From positions 57,009-121,008 of IMG/VR virus record IMGVR_UViG_3300037067_007848: a stretch of 64,000 nt of DNA, one strand, 5' to 3'. The position numbers and the translations under genes are program-made. This stretch comes from a virus. Taxonomy: Duplodnaviria > Caudoviricetes. The notes under the pieces are model-generated. The model saw only the letters and a program-made list of their open reading frames with translations, was not told where the DNA came from and ran no database searches. Numbering within the stretch: position 1 is the stretch's first letter; each line of letters begins with the position of its first letter. Positions 9,901 through 19,800 of this stretch are shown in pieces.

Positions 9901-11383
9901 TCATATCAAAAAAATAATTTTGATTATATAAACCACCAGAAATAGTAATAGAATTAGAAGTATTACCACTAACTGGAAATAATTCGTTATTTATTGTTAT
10001 ATATTTATCGGTTAAATCGGGTAAAATTCCTCCAGTTGGCATTTCACGTAAAAATAAATATTCCCCACTTTGAACCCCAATTCCAAAATCTACATATTTT
10101 TCACCTGTAGAGCTATATAATTGATATGGTAATAAAGCCCCATGATTTAGTACAACAGCCCCATTATTATTTGTTCCCGAAAATGTATTAGGAAAAATAT
10201 ATTGAAAATATTCATCATAATCATGCGATACACCAGAAATAATACTATCTACATTATAATATAAACCAGTTTGTTGTGTGCCACCATAGGTATATATAAA
10301 CGGATACTGCCCCGCAAGTATTACGTCAAATACTTTATCATATAATACACCAGTTGAATTTTGAAAAAAAATATTTCCTGATAAACATCCAAGTTGATGA
10401 AATAAATCGTCTGACATCCCAGAAGAAGTTCTTATATACCAATCACATTTATATATTAAATCACCATATGGAATACCACTAATAGCACCAGTATATCCAT
10501 AAAAATTACCAAAATTAAAAGGAGAAAGAAATAAAGTATTAGTGGTATTATGTACTATTGTACTATATTCATAATAATAATAAGTAGAATAAGGATATGT
10601 ATGTTTATATAAAAGAATAGAATATCCGTCAAACATTCCATCTATCCAATTTTTAGCATTTTCCACATATATACTACTGGTTGGAATATAAGAGGTTCCG
10701 TCATATGTACAGTCTATTGTTAATGTTCCATATCCCGTTGGGCAACTTCCAGTAATAATAACTCCAAGTTCCGTATTATGTGATATTGTTTCGGTAAAAG
10801 GATTTATATAATGATCTTCTTCATTATACGTTAATGGTTTAATAGGTAATTTTAATATATCTCCAGTCCAATAATTATCACTCCACCCAATCGGTGATTG
10901 CGGTTGAAAATATCCTGGATAAAAATATCCCGATCCACTCACAGTTATATTGGTATCATAATTATATTCAAGATATGATTTATCTATATATAGTCCGTAT
11001 CCATAGGCAACGGGAGTATTAGTATATATAGCGTGAGAAATTGCCCCACTTATCATATATACATTATCGGCCACTAAATTATCTTGTATTAAATTATAAT
11101 CACTATCATATAATCTCATCACACCATTTGTATATTTTGGCATTCCAACACAATTACAACCAGTTCCTTGAACATTACATGTATTATCTCCAGGATAAAT
11201 ATCAGGTAATAAAACCCCATCATCGCATTCTACATAATCAGTGTGATATTTTGTTAAGATTGGATAGGCATAGGCCGACCCAGTTCCTGTGGCAGAATAT
11301 ATAAATCGAACATCTCCCTCGACACACGCACATAAATTACAATTACATCGTGGGGTAAATCTAAACATTACATCCCGCCTCAA
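6944..11383 (-). CDS. large Cys/Tyr/Gly-rich tail-tip or receptor-binding protein (putative)
   Basis: 1479 aa, follows the hub gene. N-terminal CNCNLCAC and many Cys, including CC pairs. Confidence 0.5.
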   Translation of the reverse strand: MRRDVMFRFTPRCNCNLCACVEGDVRFIYSATGTGSAYAYPILTKYHTDYVECDDGVLLPDIYPGDNTCNVQGTGCNCVGMPKYTNGVMRLYDSDYNLIQDNLVADNVYMISGAISHAIYTNTPVAYGYGLYIDKSYLEYNYDTNITVSGSGYFYPGYFQPQSPIGWSDNYWTGDILKLPIKPLTYNEEDHYINPFTETISHNTELGVIITGSCPTGYGTLTIDCTYDGTSYIPTSSIYVENAKNWIDGMFDGYSILLYKHTYPYSTYYYYEYSTIVHNTTNTLFLSPFNFGNFYGYTGAISGIPYGDLIYKCDWYIRTSSGMSDDLFHQLGCLSGNIFFQNSTGVLYDKVFDVILAGQYPFIYTYGGTQQTGLYYNVDSIISGVSHDYDEYFQYIFPNTFSGTNNNGAVVLNHGALLPYQLYSSTGEKYVDFGIGVQSGEYLFLREMPTGGILPDLTDKYITINNELFPVSGNTSNSITISGGLYNQNYFFDMRNSSLDPWTLDNGDMDIGRPCVVGEGFQYSTTDSIPITSRSTYIGNGKASYKNLAFSPLSNYSVEYTPYPDVFTNTNTPSGIFNSTITSATGNLTGLYNYANIALSYPYFSGQNGSSYKLYFGSNGDYCLESIFNYKTYIIHDVRCNDLYDTLTWGRQIYCDSKFTYKGTTLASKNNIPGLINKVYIVYDKEVVRLIAGTLSANGHTDVVNACDNGSAMTDLTDLISTVDIDDFNKGDVKFSVECQGANGNLIGFNRLIVNCGPKCYVAYTDSVQPQPCCFDESIRGANGITILDYIDNYSPSVNISTFPIVEYEGNGSGPSLQPACFVRYGGATIGGETYTSNCTVRTSQNVVEYSLTYATGGEPIINVGGGNIIFNAQYPSDQTVYYENYYDPCATGGGNDFYTLYYKYSSNSIKASGTGITSIGSNQYVLGSGGYAYNIEDVMEDGIFGYYAHSYESVVYPFIFSLLPQYTYLLDLSNYTDQYMILNPHFGKFYPASFSTNMPRCVYTYVTPYGQLAKFSEDLSQYQPNMFDFNNEALPVQKNTAVTTGALGPIKKFRDDAVATFTYNPSILCSDVSNSDYYCLPYYKGGACCMPDLVGNFAGYTEHHILETYGYPIEYYKLCGTLVSFGCAITVGNYNLQNTNNIPYFFSAQSVTANTWTNGLSLIKDSNGKYRFSYSSWLSDPFDDPINFNSFGSVVLNYIPYDVFYDNRAGDSTWYVENILHGGTTLTIEIDSGQYKAPTASTYTSMDITLEKSPTDSCHHWGPQPIVGINCIREPDATFYRVIHGGGYVSSCKNGDNINGQIYNFPSGWGYLVSQIVSEKYFYAGLQDGQTWSFPNDGIGLAPYYESVSVAEYAYDSSVTINSTIYIINNYRINSIVQGYIATKHYPNGEYYYELESGPTEVYMASAMYSNNLESKLQVTFPTITNRDYPAYHIYPETYYLGTINCGSCEAICSGHDSNCCYSVDLSSFMKIIRTIHY

Positions 11384-14300
11384 TTACCCATTGTTTACTA
11401 TCGGCCTCGGCACAAACAATTTTTGTTCCTATTGTTAATGTTGTACCTGCTGGCAATAAATAATCATACACTGCAATTCCCGTTGCAGTATTACCATAAG
11501 ATAAGGTAGCCGTTCCACTACCACCAGCCGAAAGGGCTGTAGTTAATGTACCTAATGATATCCCTCCTCCACCGCCCGCCGATACAATAAAATGATTGTG
11601 CGAATGACCATTCCACGAAACCACCACTTTATTACCAGAGGAATAAGCCTTGCCTAATGTTTCGGAAATAGCCACACGGGCATCAGAATTATCTATTAAA
11701 ATACCACTATTATCAAATAGAGGAAAGGTATTTAACAAACGTCCAATTCCAGTTCCAAAAGCCGAAATACTCGTTAATAATTCCACCGACAACATATCAT
11801 AATTTGGGACTGTCCATACGCCGCGATTTCTATCATATCTTAAATCTACAGGGGCAACAGGCCATGTTTGAGGTTTTTGCAACCAATCTGGCATAAACTT
11901 ATCTTGTAATAATTCATTAACATATATACCGCTAGTCGTATGCCCATAAACATCGGCGGCATTTGGGATTGGTTTACCATCTATATCATATCCCCATCCC
12001 TGCATTATAAGTGGACCACGTAATGCCATAAAACGATAATCGTCGGCATATGGTGATTGCCCATAGGAAATACTAGGGATAGAATTAGCTCCAACAACTC
12101 CAATATCATGCCCAACTCCAGTTGTATAAGTTTCACTTCTTTCGGTGATTAAATCTCCAGAGGGGTTTTGTAGAGGATGAAGATAATTACTACTAATTAC
12201 ATTATTATATATGCCCGTTCCATTTAGTGTCATTGGTGGGATTGCCCGAATTATAGCATAATCATCTTCATTGGGTTGGGCCAATCTAGGTAAGTTGCCA
12301 GTACCATAAAGTGAAACAGGCCTAAATAATCCCTCCAAAGACATCATGGCTTTATTCTCATAGTCTGATAATTCGCCCTTAATATCATGTAAAGGATTAC
12401 TTATGACAGTCGTAGTTGCAAAGCCGCTGCCGTCCACGCTTATATCACCCATCATAATATGGTGTGGTGATTGATTTGTCAATGTCAAACCCATATCTTT
12501 GGTGGTAATTCGATAGGGCGTATTGCCCGCCCTAATTTGTTGGTTAATATTTGATGTAATTAAAACCTTATTAACATCTTTCCAAAACTTCTGCATTTTC
12601 AAATTAGCCGACGCAACCATTTTTAATCGTTCGGCATTTTGTTTGGTAAATCGTCCAAATTTTGGCGTAAAAGTTCTCATTGCGTAGGTAGTGGTCAATC
12701 CACCAAATCCAACCTGTACATCAATATTCGTAATATTTGGCCCATATATCCCTTGCCAAGGAACTTCATTAAGATAAATATAATTCGAGCTTTGAAAAGT
12801 AGAAGTGGAAATAGTCCGCGATTCCACCAAATGTTGGCCGCCCCCATAAAATCCGCCAGCCATTGCCCCCAGTTCAGCCCCAAGCGGTACGGCGGGATAG
12901 CCCGCCACGGTTATACTGCCATTTTCGCCCACCTGCATTTGTGTTAAGCCTTCCTCAGCCTTTGAATTACCAATTAAATTAAGGTTGGTATATCCATAAT
13001 AATTCCACGGCACCAAATCTTCATCTTGAATAACTTTTGTTCCACCTAATGGCCCAAGTTGAAACCACGGCCCATAAGTAAGAATATTGCTATGAATGCC
13101 AAATGCCGCCCCTGCGGGATTGGTGTCGCAATAATAGGTATATGGATAGTGAAGACTTTTCCCACCAACTTTATTGGCCATTCCTTTCATTTTATCAGAC
13201 ACACCACTTTTAATTGCGGTAGCATTAGAAAGAGATAATCTATCAATCATTTTATAAATTGTCGATTCAAGCCCGCCCATAACTAGCGGAATTCCCGTGT
13301 CAACGATGGAAATTGGGGCCTGAAGTTTTACAACAGCCCTTGGACCCGTCGCCATTGAATAATTTTCAAACACATATCCATTTGATTCATCAACATCGGC
13401 AAGGCAATAAATATATCCGCCATATAATAGGCATGAATCGCCCAATTGTGAAATATCTTTGCCGTGATAATAATTATCCGAATCGGGAAATACTAATAAA
13501 GTGGATGTTTTGTTATCTTCTTGTAATAAATATTGATAATAAATATCGCTGGTGGACATTCCCAAAACCGTGGATTGTTCGGTCCACCCACCATTAACGG
13601 GTTGTTCGGAAAAAACAATTTGATAACTATCATCTTCTCGGCGGGCACAAACATATGGGACCGCCACCTGAAATGACCGCCCAAGATTATTTGCAAAGCC
13701 CAAAACCCACTGATGAAGCATTTGCCGCTCTGCGATAAGTTGAGAATTATGTTTGTCAACCTGCATTTGCTTATCAATTGCCCCCACCACAAGATGGGCT
13801 GCTTTTATTCCGCTGAGATTACTTCCACTGGCGATTTGCTCTACTAAATTATAAAGCATAAACTCGCCATCCCCACCAAGGGATGTTCCAATATCAGAAT
13901 ATTGGTGCCCACCCGACCAGGATATTTGTGCTAAATTAGTTGCAATACTAGTCCACGTATCATAACCAACTAATGCAGCCATCATTTCCGATTCGGTAAT
14001 ATGGGCATATGTTCGACCCGTAATACCTGTAATACCAACGCCAGAAACTGCGGTAAGACCAGCATTTAATATTGTCGTGTCAACATCAATGCACCAATCG
14101 CCAAACTCATCATGGTATGGTAGAAGAGTATTATTTGTCCAGGGGTCAAGACCAAAATAAGGAAGGATTGTTGAATCAACGGTATTATCACCAATTGCCT
14201 GATATAAAGTTTGTTTTTGTCCGCCAATGCAAATTGCACTTGTGGTTTCGTTTCTTAATTCTCGCCCAATTCTCGCCATATTTGTTCCGTCTCCATCGCC

Positions 14301-15275
14301 AATAAAACTCGAAATAGTATTAAGTGATGGTTGGGAATAACGCGAAACAGTCCTAACTTTAATTATTTTATAAACAATGGAATTATAAATAGCGGGAACT
14401 AATTCAATGTAATAATCGTAGCCCGCATCTCCGCACAAATCACTAATTAGACTTAAAATACTCACCTCCACACCACCTACACGCCATGAACTAGGGGGAA
14501 TGGGCAGGTTAGAAAGGTCAAGTAAATAATATGACGATGTTAAGGCGTCGGGCGGCAATAGGCCGTATCCCCCAGAAGTTGGCCCCTTAAATAAAATACG
14601 CCCGTATGGGGACCAAATACTACTTGAGACTGGTATAGAACTTGTTAATAATTTGAGCGAGCCGAGAATATTATACCATGGCATTCCAAGTTGGTTTGTG
14701 TTTGCCCCACCAAATTTTGCGGCGGGACTACCAAAAATCGCCCCATCTGGGGCATAGTCGCCATTGACAAATGAACCATTTACCTGAGAAAGTAGTGGGG
14801 CGTTGACTGTTCCGAAAGATTCGCAAAATCCAAAAACATTAAATACATTGGGTAATCCACCAACTGTACCGGCGTAAGAAGTAAGAATAAGTTTACTATT
14901 CTCTAATAATTGGCGGGGATCTGACAATTGAACTGAATAGGTGGTTCCACCCTGCCCCTCATCTTTAGTCCAATTTTGAATAATGCCGCAAAACTCAAAA
15001 TCGCCCACTCGAAAATAAGCTGGACACCCTATAATTTCTTGCTGTTCGCCCAAAAATCCAGGGTCGGGGTCAAAACTTATTTGTCGTACTAAACCCGTAT
15101 CCCAATAATATTTGCCATCTGTGGAGGGGCATGGGTCGTAAACAAGCCGCACATCAATACTGGTATTTTGTTCATTCCACCCAACCGAGGCACTAAAAGA
15201 GGCTACACTACAGCCCAAAAATATAGTTTGTTTGAATGGCCCGCCACTTACCAAAGAATCGCATGTCTTTGCCAT
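11361..15275 (-). CDS. tail tip / baseplate hub protein (putative)
   Basis: Second gene after the tape measure. FCGIIQNW...YSVQLSDPR and ITNIDVQVGFGGLTTTY are hub-like beta motifs. Confidence 0.55.
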   Translation of the reverse strand: MAKTCDSLVSGGPFKQTIFLGCSVASFSASVGWNEQNTSIDVRLVYDPCPSTDGKYYWDTGLVRQISFDPDPGFLGEQQEIIGCPAYFRVGDFEFCGIIQNWTKDEGQGGTTYSVQLSDPRQLLENSKLILTSYAGTVGGLPNVFNVFGFCESFGTVNAPLLSQVNGSFVNGDYAPDGAIFGSPAAKFGGANTNQLGMPWYNILGSLKLLTSSIPVSSSIWSPYGRILFKGPTSGGYGLLPPDALTSSYYLLDLSNLPIPPSSWRVGGVEVSILSLISDLCGDAGYDYYIELVPAIYNSIVYKIIKVRTVSRYSQPSLNTISSFIGDGDGTNMARIGRELRNETTSAICIGGQKQTLYQAIGDNTVDSTILPYFGLDPWTNNTLLPYHDEFGDWCIDVDTTILNAGLTAVSGVGITGITGRTYAHITESEMMAALVGYDTWTSIATNLAQISWSGGHQYSDIGTSLGGDGEFMLYNLVEQIASGSNLSGIKAAHLVVGAIDKQMQVDKHNSQLIAERQMLHQWVLGFANNLGRSFQVAVPYVCARREDDSYQIVFSEQPVNGGWTEQSTVLGMSTSDIYYQYLLQEDNKTSTLLVFPDSDNYYHGKDISQLGDSCLLYGGYIYCLADVDESNGYVFENYSMATGPRAVVKLQAPISIVDTGIPLVMGGLESTIYKMIDRLSLSNATAIKSGVSDKMKGMANKVGGKSLHYPYTYYCDTNPAGAAFGIHSNILTYGPWFQLGPLGGTKVIQDEDLVPWNYYGYTNLNLIGNSKAEEGLTQMQVGENGSITVAGYPAVPLGAELGAMAGGFYGGGQHLVESRTISTSTFQSSNYIYLNEVPWQGIYGPNITNIDVQVGFGGLTTTYAMRTFTPKFGRFTKQNAERLKMVASANLKMQKFWKDVNKVLITSNINQQIRAGNTPYRITTKDMGLTLTNQSPHHIMMGDISVDGSGFATTTVISNPLHDIKGELSDYENKAMMSLEGLFRPVSLYGTGNLPRLAQPNEDDYAIIRAIPPMTLNGTGIYNNVISSNYLHPLQNPSGDLITERSETYTTGVGHDIGVVGANSIPSISYGQSPYADDYRFMALRGPLIMQGWGYDIDGKPIPNAADVYGHTTSGIYVNELLQDKFMPDWLQKPQTWPVAPVDLRYDRNRGVWTVPNYDMLSVELLTSISAFGTGIGRLLNTFPLFDNSGILIDNSDARVAISETLGKAYSSGNKVVVSWNGHSHNHFIVSAGGGGGISLGTLTTALSAGGSGTATLSYGNTATGIAVYDYLLPAGTTLTIGTKIVCAEADSKQWVIEAGCNV

Positions 15276-15284
15276 TTTTTATCC

Positions 15285-16802
15285 TTATAATAATCCCGAA
15301 ATCATTGTTCCAGTCTCTATACAATTATTATACACCCAAACTACATTTCGACGATAAGAACCAGTCTTAGGATTCCAACTCGGTTTATCTTGGGTTTTAA
15401 CGAGGGTTGTGTATTGACTACCTAATTCAGCCTCAATTGTTGACAAAAAAGACTTTACTTGGGCATGTGGGCATAAAGAACTTCCTAATAAAAAGTCTGT
15501 TGTAGTTATTCCCTGAATAGGATCAACAATAACGTCGAAATTAAGCGAAAGTTCGTATGGTGTACGCGAATCCAATAATTGAATAATTGGGCCAGATTTT
15601 TTACCCAAAATATCAATACTTGCATATTTATCAGTGGGAAATGAATAATCATATGAAATATTTTCTGAAACCGCACCAGCTATTAGGGGGGATGGGGTAT
15701 TGGTCCACTCATAATTATAATTTATGGTTCCATTTTTTGGATTTACGCCAATACTTTTGTTGGTTTTGGCCAAATTAAGCGATTTTGTTACGCCCGACAT
15801 ATAGGTGTCATAGGCATATTTTGCTCTAACCGGCAAGAGGGACTTTATACTATTCCAATAACTTTGGGCATTTGTATATTTTGTTTCTTCGTGGCTCATA
15901 TATAAAACATCAATTCCCGTTAGTGTAATACGTTCTAATCCCTGAATTGTCCCTTGAATACCAACGGTGGCAATATTATTTGTGTCACTTTGTTTAATAT
16001 CAACGGTAAAATTTTCAATTGCATACCCGTGGGTGCCCGCCATTGTTTTATATAACATCCATGTTTCATCGACCGAATAACTTCCACCCCATTGGTCGGC
16101 ATTTTGCACCCTATGATAATTATATAAACGTAAATCTAGGATATTTGTAGGGGTTGCATTTAATACAGCCAACATATCCGTGACTGTTCCAAGATTATTA
16201 TTACAAAAGTCAAGGGCATTTTTATATGGCTCTTGGGCGGTCCCACCAACAAACGTATTGGTATTGGCATAATTCGCCCTACCTTTGGCAGAAATATGAT
16301 GGGTAATCTTAAATAAATATGGACTACTATCTACAATCCCGCTAATCGTCCACGTAAAGTATGGTTGATCTTCTACAGGCTCAATACTCCAGGTGTTTGA
16401 AATATTATCAACATATTGTGCCCCGTTAATTTCGCCCGTCGAACTATCTTGATATTCCAAATCAATTGAATAAGGAACAGACATTAACCAATTATTTGGG
16501 CTATCCCTAAATTGCAATGATAAAATACGAGGATTTATTGATAAAATATTGGAGGTGTCGCACTTTAATACTAGGGGTGAGCCCTGTTGGTTAAAGGCAG
16601 TTACAAGGCCAGTTTTTAATGCATTTAATTGATATATTCCACCTGTCCCATTTGGGGGGGTTGCCAATGTTCCATTAAGGGATAATTTTGTAACAGTATT
16701 GATAATTCGCCCATCTTCTGTTTTATTATATTCCTTGGCAAAACTAATCATTGGAACGGGATTAAAACTATATGTCCCGTAAGTCATTGTGACATTTGAC
16801 AT
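15285..16802 (-). CDS. distal tail (Dit-like) protein (putative)
   Basis: Immediately follows the tape measure. Beta-rich, 505 aa. Confidence 0.5.
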   Translation of the reverse strand: MSNVTMTYGTYSFNPVPMISFAKEYNKTEDGRIINTVTKLSLNGTLATPPNGTGGIYQLNALKTGLVTAFNQQGSPLVLKCDTSNILSINPRILSLQFRDSPNNWLMSVPYSIDLEYQDSSTGEINGAQYVDNISNTWSIEPVEDQPYFTWTISGIVDSSPYLFKITHHISAKGRANYANTNTFVGGTAQEPYKNALDFCNNNLGTVTDMLAVLNATPTNILDLRLYNYHRVQNADQWGGSYSVDETWMLYKTMAGTHGYAIENFTVDIKQSDTNNIATVGIQGTIQGLERITLTGIDVLYMSHEETKYTNAQSYWNSIKSLLPVRAKYAYDTYMSGVTKSLNLAKTNKSIGVNPKNGTINYNYEWTNTPSPLIAGAVSENISYDYSFPTDKYASIDILGKKSGPIIQLLDSRTPYELSLNFDVIVDPIQGITTTDFLLGSSLCPHAQVKSFLSTIEAELGSQYTTLVKTQDKPSWNPKTGSYRRNVVWVYNNCIETGTMISGLL

Positions 16803-19800
16803 TACTTTGTTCCTTTCAACGGATTCGTTGGCTGAAATGCACTTGTTTCGCCAGTGTTTGGATTAACCACTTTACCTAACTGTGCGGCCAAATAACTTTC
16901 TATATATCCCTTAACTTCTTCTACCACTGCCTTTCCTATACTATCAGTCCCCACTACATTATGTGTATGGGTAAGATTAGCGGTAAGTTCAATAGTCGAA
17001 GGAATATTTAGTGTGGATAATTTATCAATGCTATTAGCAAAAGATTCAAAAGTACCAAGATTTTGAGTTTGATTTGGCCCGCCAGTTCCAATTTGATTGG
17101 CGGGAATGGTATTTTTTGGCAATGCAGCCCCAAAGGGATTTACAAGAGGAGAAGGTTTTACTTCATTTTCAAATAAACTAGAAACAAATGGAAGATTTTT
17201 CATTGCTTGGAGTGTCGATCCACCAACATTAGCAATGCTAGCCCCAAGCCCACCTAACATACCTGGGGTTTTATTAATTGTTGTCGGAATAACTGGATTA
17301 TTACCTCCACTAGCTTCCTGTAGTGTTTTTTGAATTTCCTGTGCAATAATGGCGACATTTTTGGCAATTTCGGTTTGATCTATTTGGGCAATTCCCATTT
17401 CTAGGCCAACTGCCCCGCGTTGTAATCCTTGATCTTTTTCAAATTGTTTAATTAATTTATCCGATCTTTTGTCTTGCCCTGGCAATGACATAGTACGTTC
17501 ACCCCAACCGCCAACGGCAGGAACAAATCCTACATCTTTATATCTTCCCCTAACAAATCCTGTTTGACTTTCTAAATCTTTTCCTGGTTCAAGACCACCT
17601 GTTCCTTGCATAAATTTCATTCCGCTTTTTAAATCTCTTCGTCCCTGTAATGTTAATGGTACTTGTCCACTTTCTTGGAATTTTTGGGTAACAGATAATT
17701 GTCTTGCAAGTTTTAATTGTTCTTCAGGGCTCATGGTTGCAATATCTAATACGGTTTTTTGTCCCTCTTCACGACGTTTTTGTAAATTGTTTAGTTCGCC
17801 CAAGATTGCCGTTTGTTTGGTTGAGTCGGTCTTCAAATCATTAATTAATTGATTGCCCGATGAAATTTCGCGTAACACGCCATTTAGACCATTGTTGGCC
17901 TCGGTCAATTTATTGATTAAACCTTGGTCGCCTGGACGTGCCTCCAGCTGAGATTGTATTGTCCCAATTTGCTGATTATATTGTTCGGCCCTAGATCGTA
18001 AACCACCCATTCTCATACCAACAGCACCAATATTTTCGGACTCTCCAAATCCCAATCCAAATTGTCTACCTAATTCACCACGCCTGGCCGAAACGCCAGC
18101 AGTTGCCTCGCCCACTGATAATGGAATACCTGGTTTTAATATTGATTGTAGGGCAAATGGTTGTGTGGCCTTAAACTCACTTTGCCTTACTCTTAAATCA
18201 TTTATTTTTAATATTTGTGTATGTTCTTGTTTAATTAATGAATTGCGACGTTCCATGGCCTCATTAATTTTATTAACTGTCTCTAATAATAATTTTTCTT
18301 GTGGTTCTAATTTTTTGGTTAAGTCTTCAATAATTGAAGAAACACCGCCCTTTTCGACGAAATTTTGCCCAGTATATACCTGTTCGCTTTGATCCCTAGA
18401 CACGAATTGTTTTTCAATTCCAGCCGTTGCCTGACGACGAAGATTCTCTGGAAGATTTTTTAGATATGGATCAAGAACTGTCATTATGGCACTTTGGGTA
18501 GATTCAGTTGTTTCTCCAGAAACCCCCATTATTTTGGCTTCAATATCCGCCCGCGACTCCTTTATTTTCCCTATTCCAAAGGCCGATTGTGTCCCAAGTG
18601 TCGCCCCACCAAAAATGGATTCACCCGCCCCTTTTAATTGATTGGCTGAATAAGCATTTTGATTAGCAAAAACATTGGTAATAGGAATAGTCCCAGCCGC
18701 ACCAGTACTACCCGAAAGCATTGATTGTAACAAATTACGAGATTGGGCACCAATATTTCCAATCCCTTCTAATTTAGCCGTGGTTTTTTCGGTCTCTATT
18801 GCCATTTTGGAAAAGGCTACTTCTGATTTAGCTAATTCGTTAGAAAGATTCTTAAATTTTAAGGTTGTTTCGTCAACTATTTTTCGTGAATTAATAAATG
18901 CTTGTTGTTCTAATTTACGAACCTCTTCTGAATCTTCCCCTTTAGTTTCCCTAGCGGCTAAAATATTCTTACGATCTGTTCCAGTCCCAAAATAACGTGC
19001 ATACATCGAAACACCACTGGCATATTCTGGCTTTGCCGCAATATCTTTTGCAGAAGTTCCCTGTTGTTCTAACAGATTATCAAAAAAAGATTTAGCGGCA
19101 GTCGCAGGCCCCTGAAGTTCTTGTAACTCTTCAGCTAAAATATTTTGTGTGGCTTGTCTTTTTATTTTATATTGTTCGGCTGGACCCGTTCCAGGCTTCC
19201 AAAGTGATTCACCAGATACTTCTTGCCCAAACGGTCTACCTAATACATTCAATCCTACACCAATTATACTATTTAATATTCCACGATAACCTCCTTCATC
19301 TTCTACCTTTTCTTTACCACCTCCCAATTTATAATATTCTTGTGAAAGTTTTTCTTGAGCCGTAGAAGTAAATGTTAAGTCACCTAATTTTGCCTCAGCC
19401 CGTTTTTCCGCCACTCTACTTTTTTCAACATTGGCAATATTTAATTTTGCCGCATTTAAAGTTTGAATAAAATCATTAACACTTCCCCCTTTTCCCAATT
19501 GATTAAAGGCATGTGTAACAGCGTCAGTGCTCCTAACGAGTTGCTGTTCAGCCGAAACTCTCGATTTTGCCAAACGGTCTTGCTCTATTTGGGTAGATTT
19601 TTGACTATATCCAGAAAGTGCCCCGTAGGCAGCCCCAAGCCCTCCGCCAATTGCTGTTCCTACTCCAGGGGCTATTAAACTTCCCATATAAGCCCCCATC
19701 CCAGCCATTCCCAACCCTTGTGAAACAGCAGCACCCGTAGGTGTCTCACCAATCATTTGGTCTGCAACCATTCCCCCAATCATTAATCCCGTTGGGCTTT

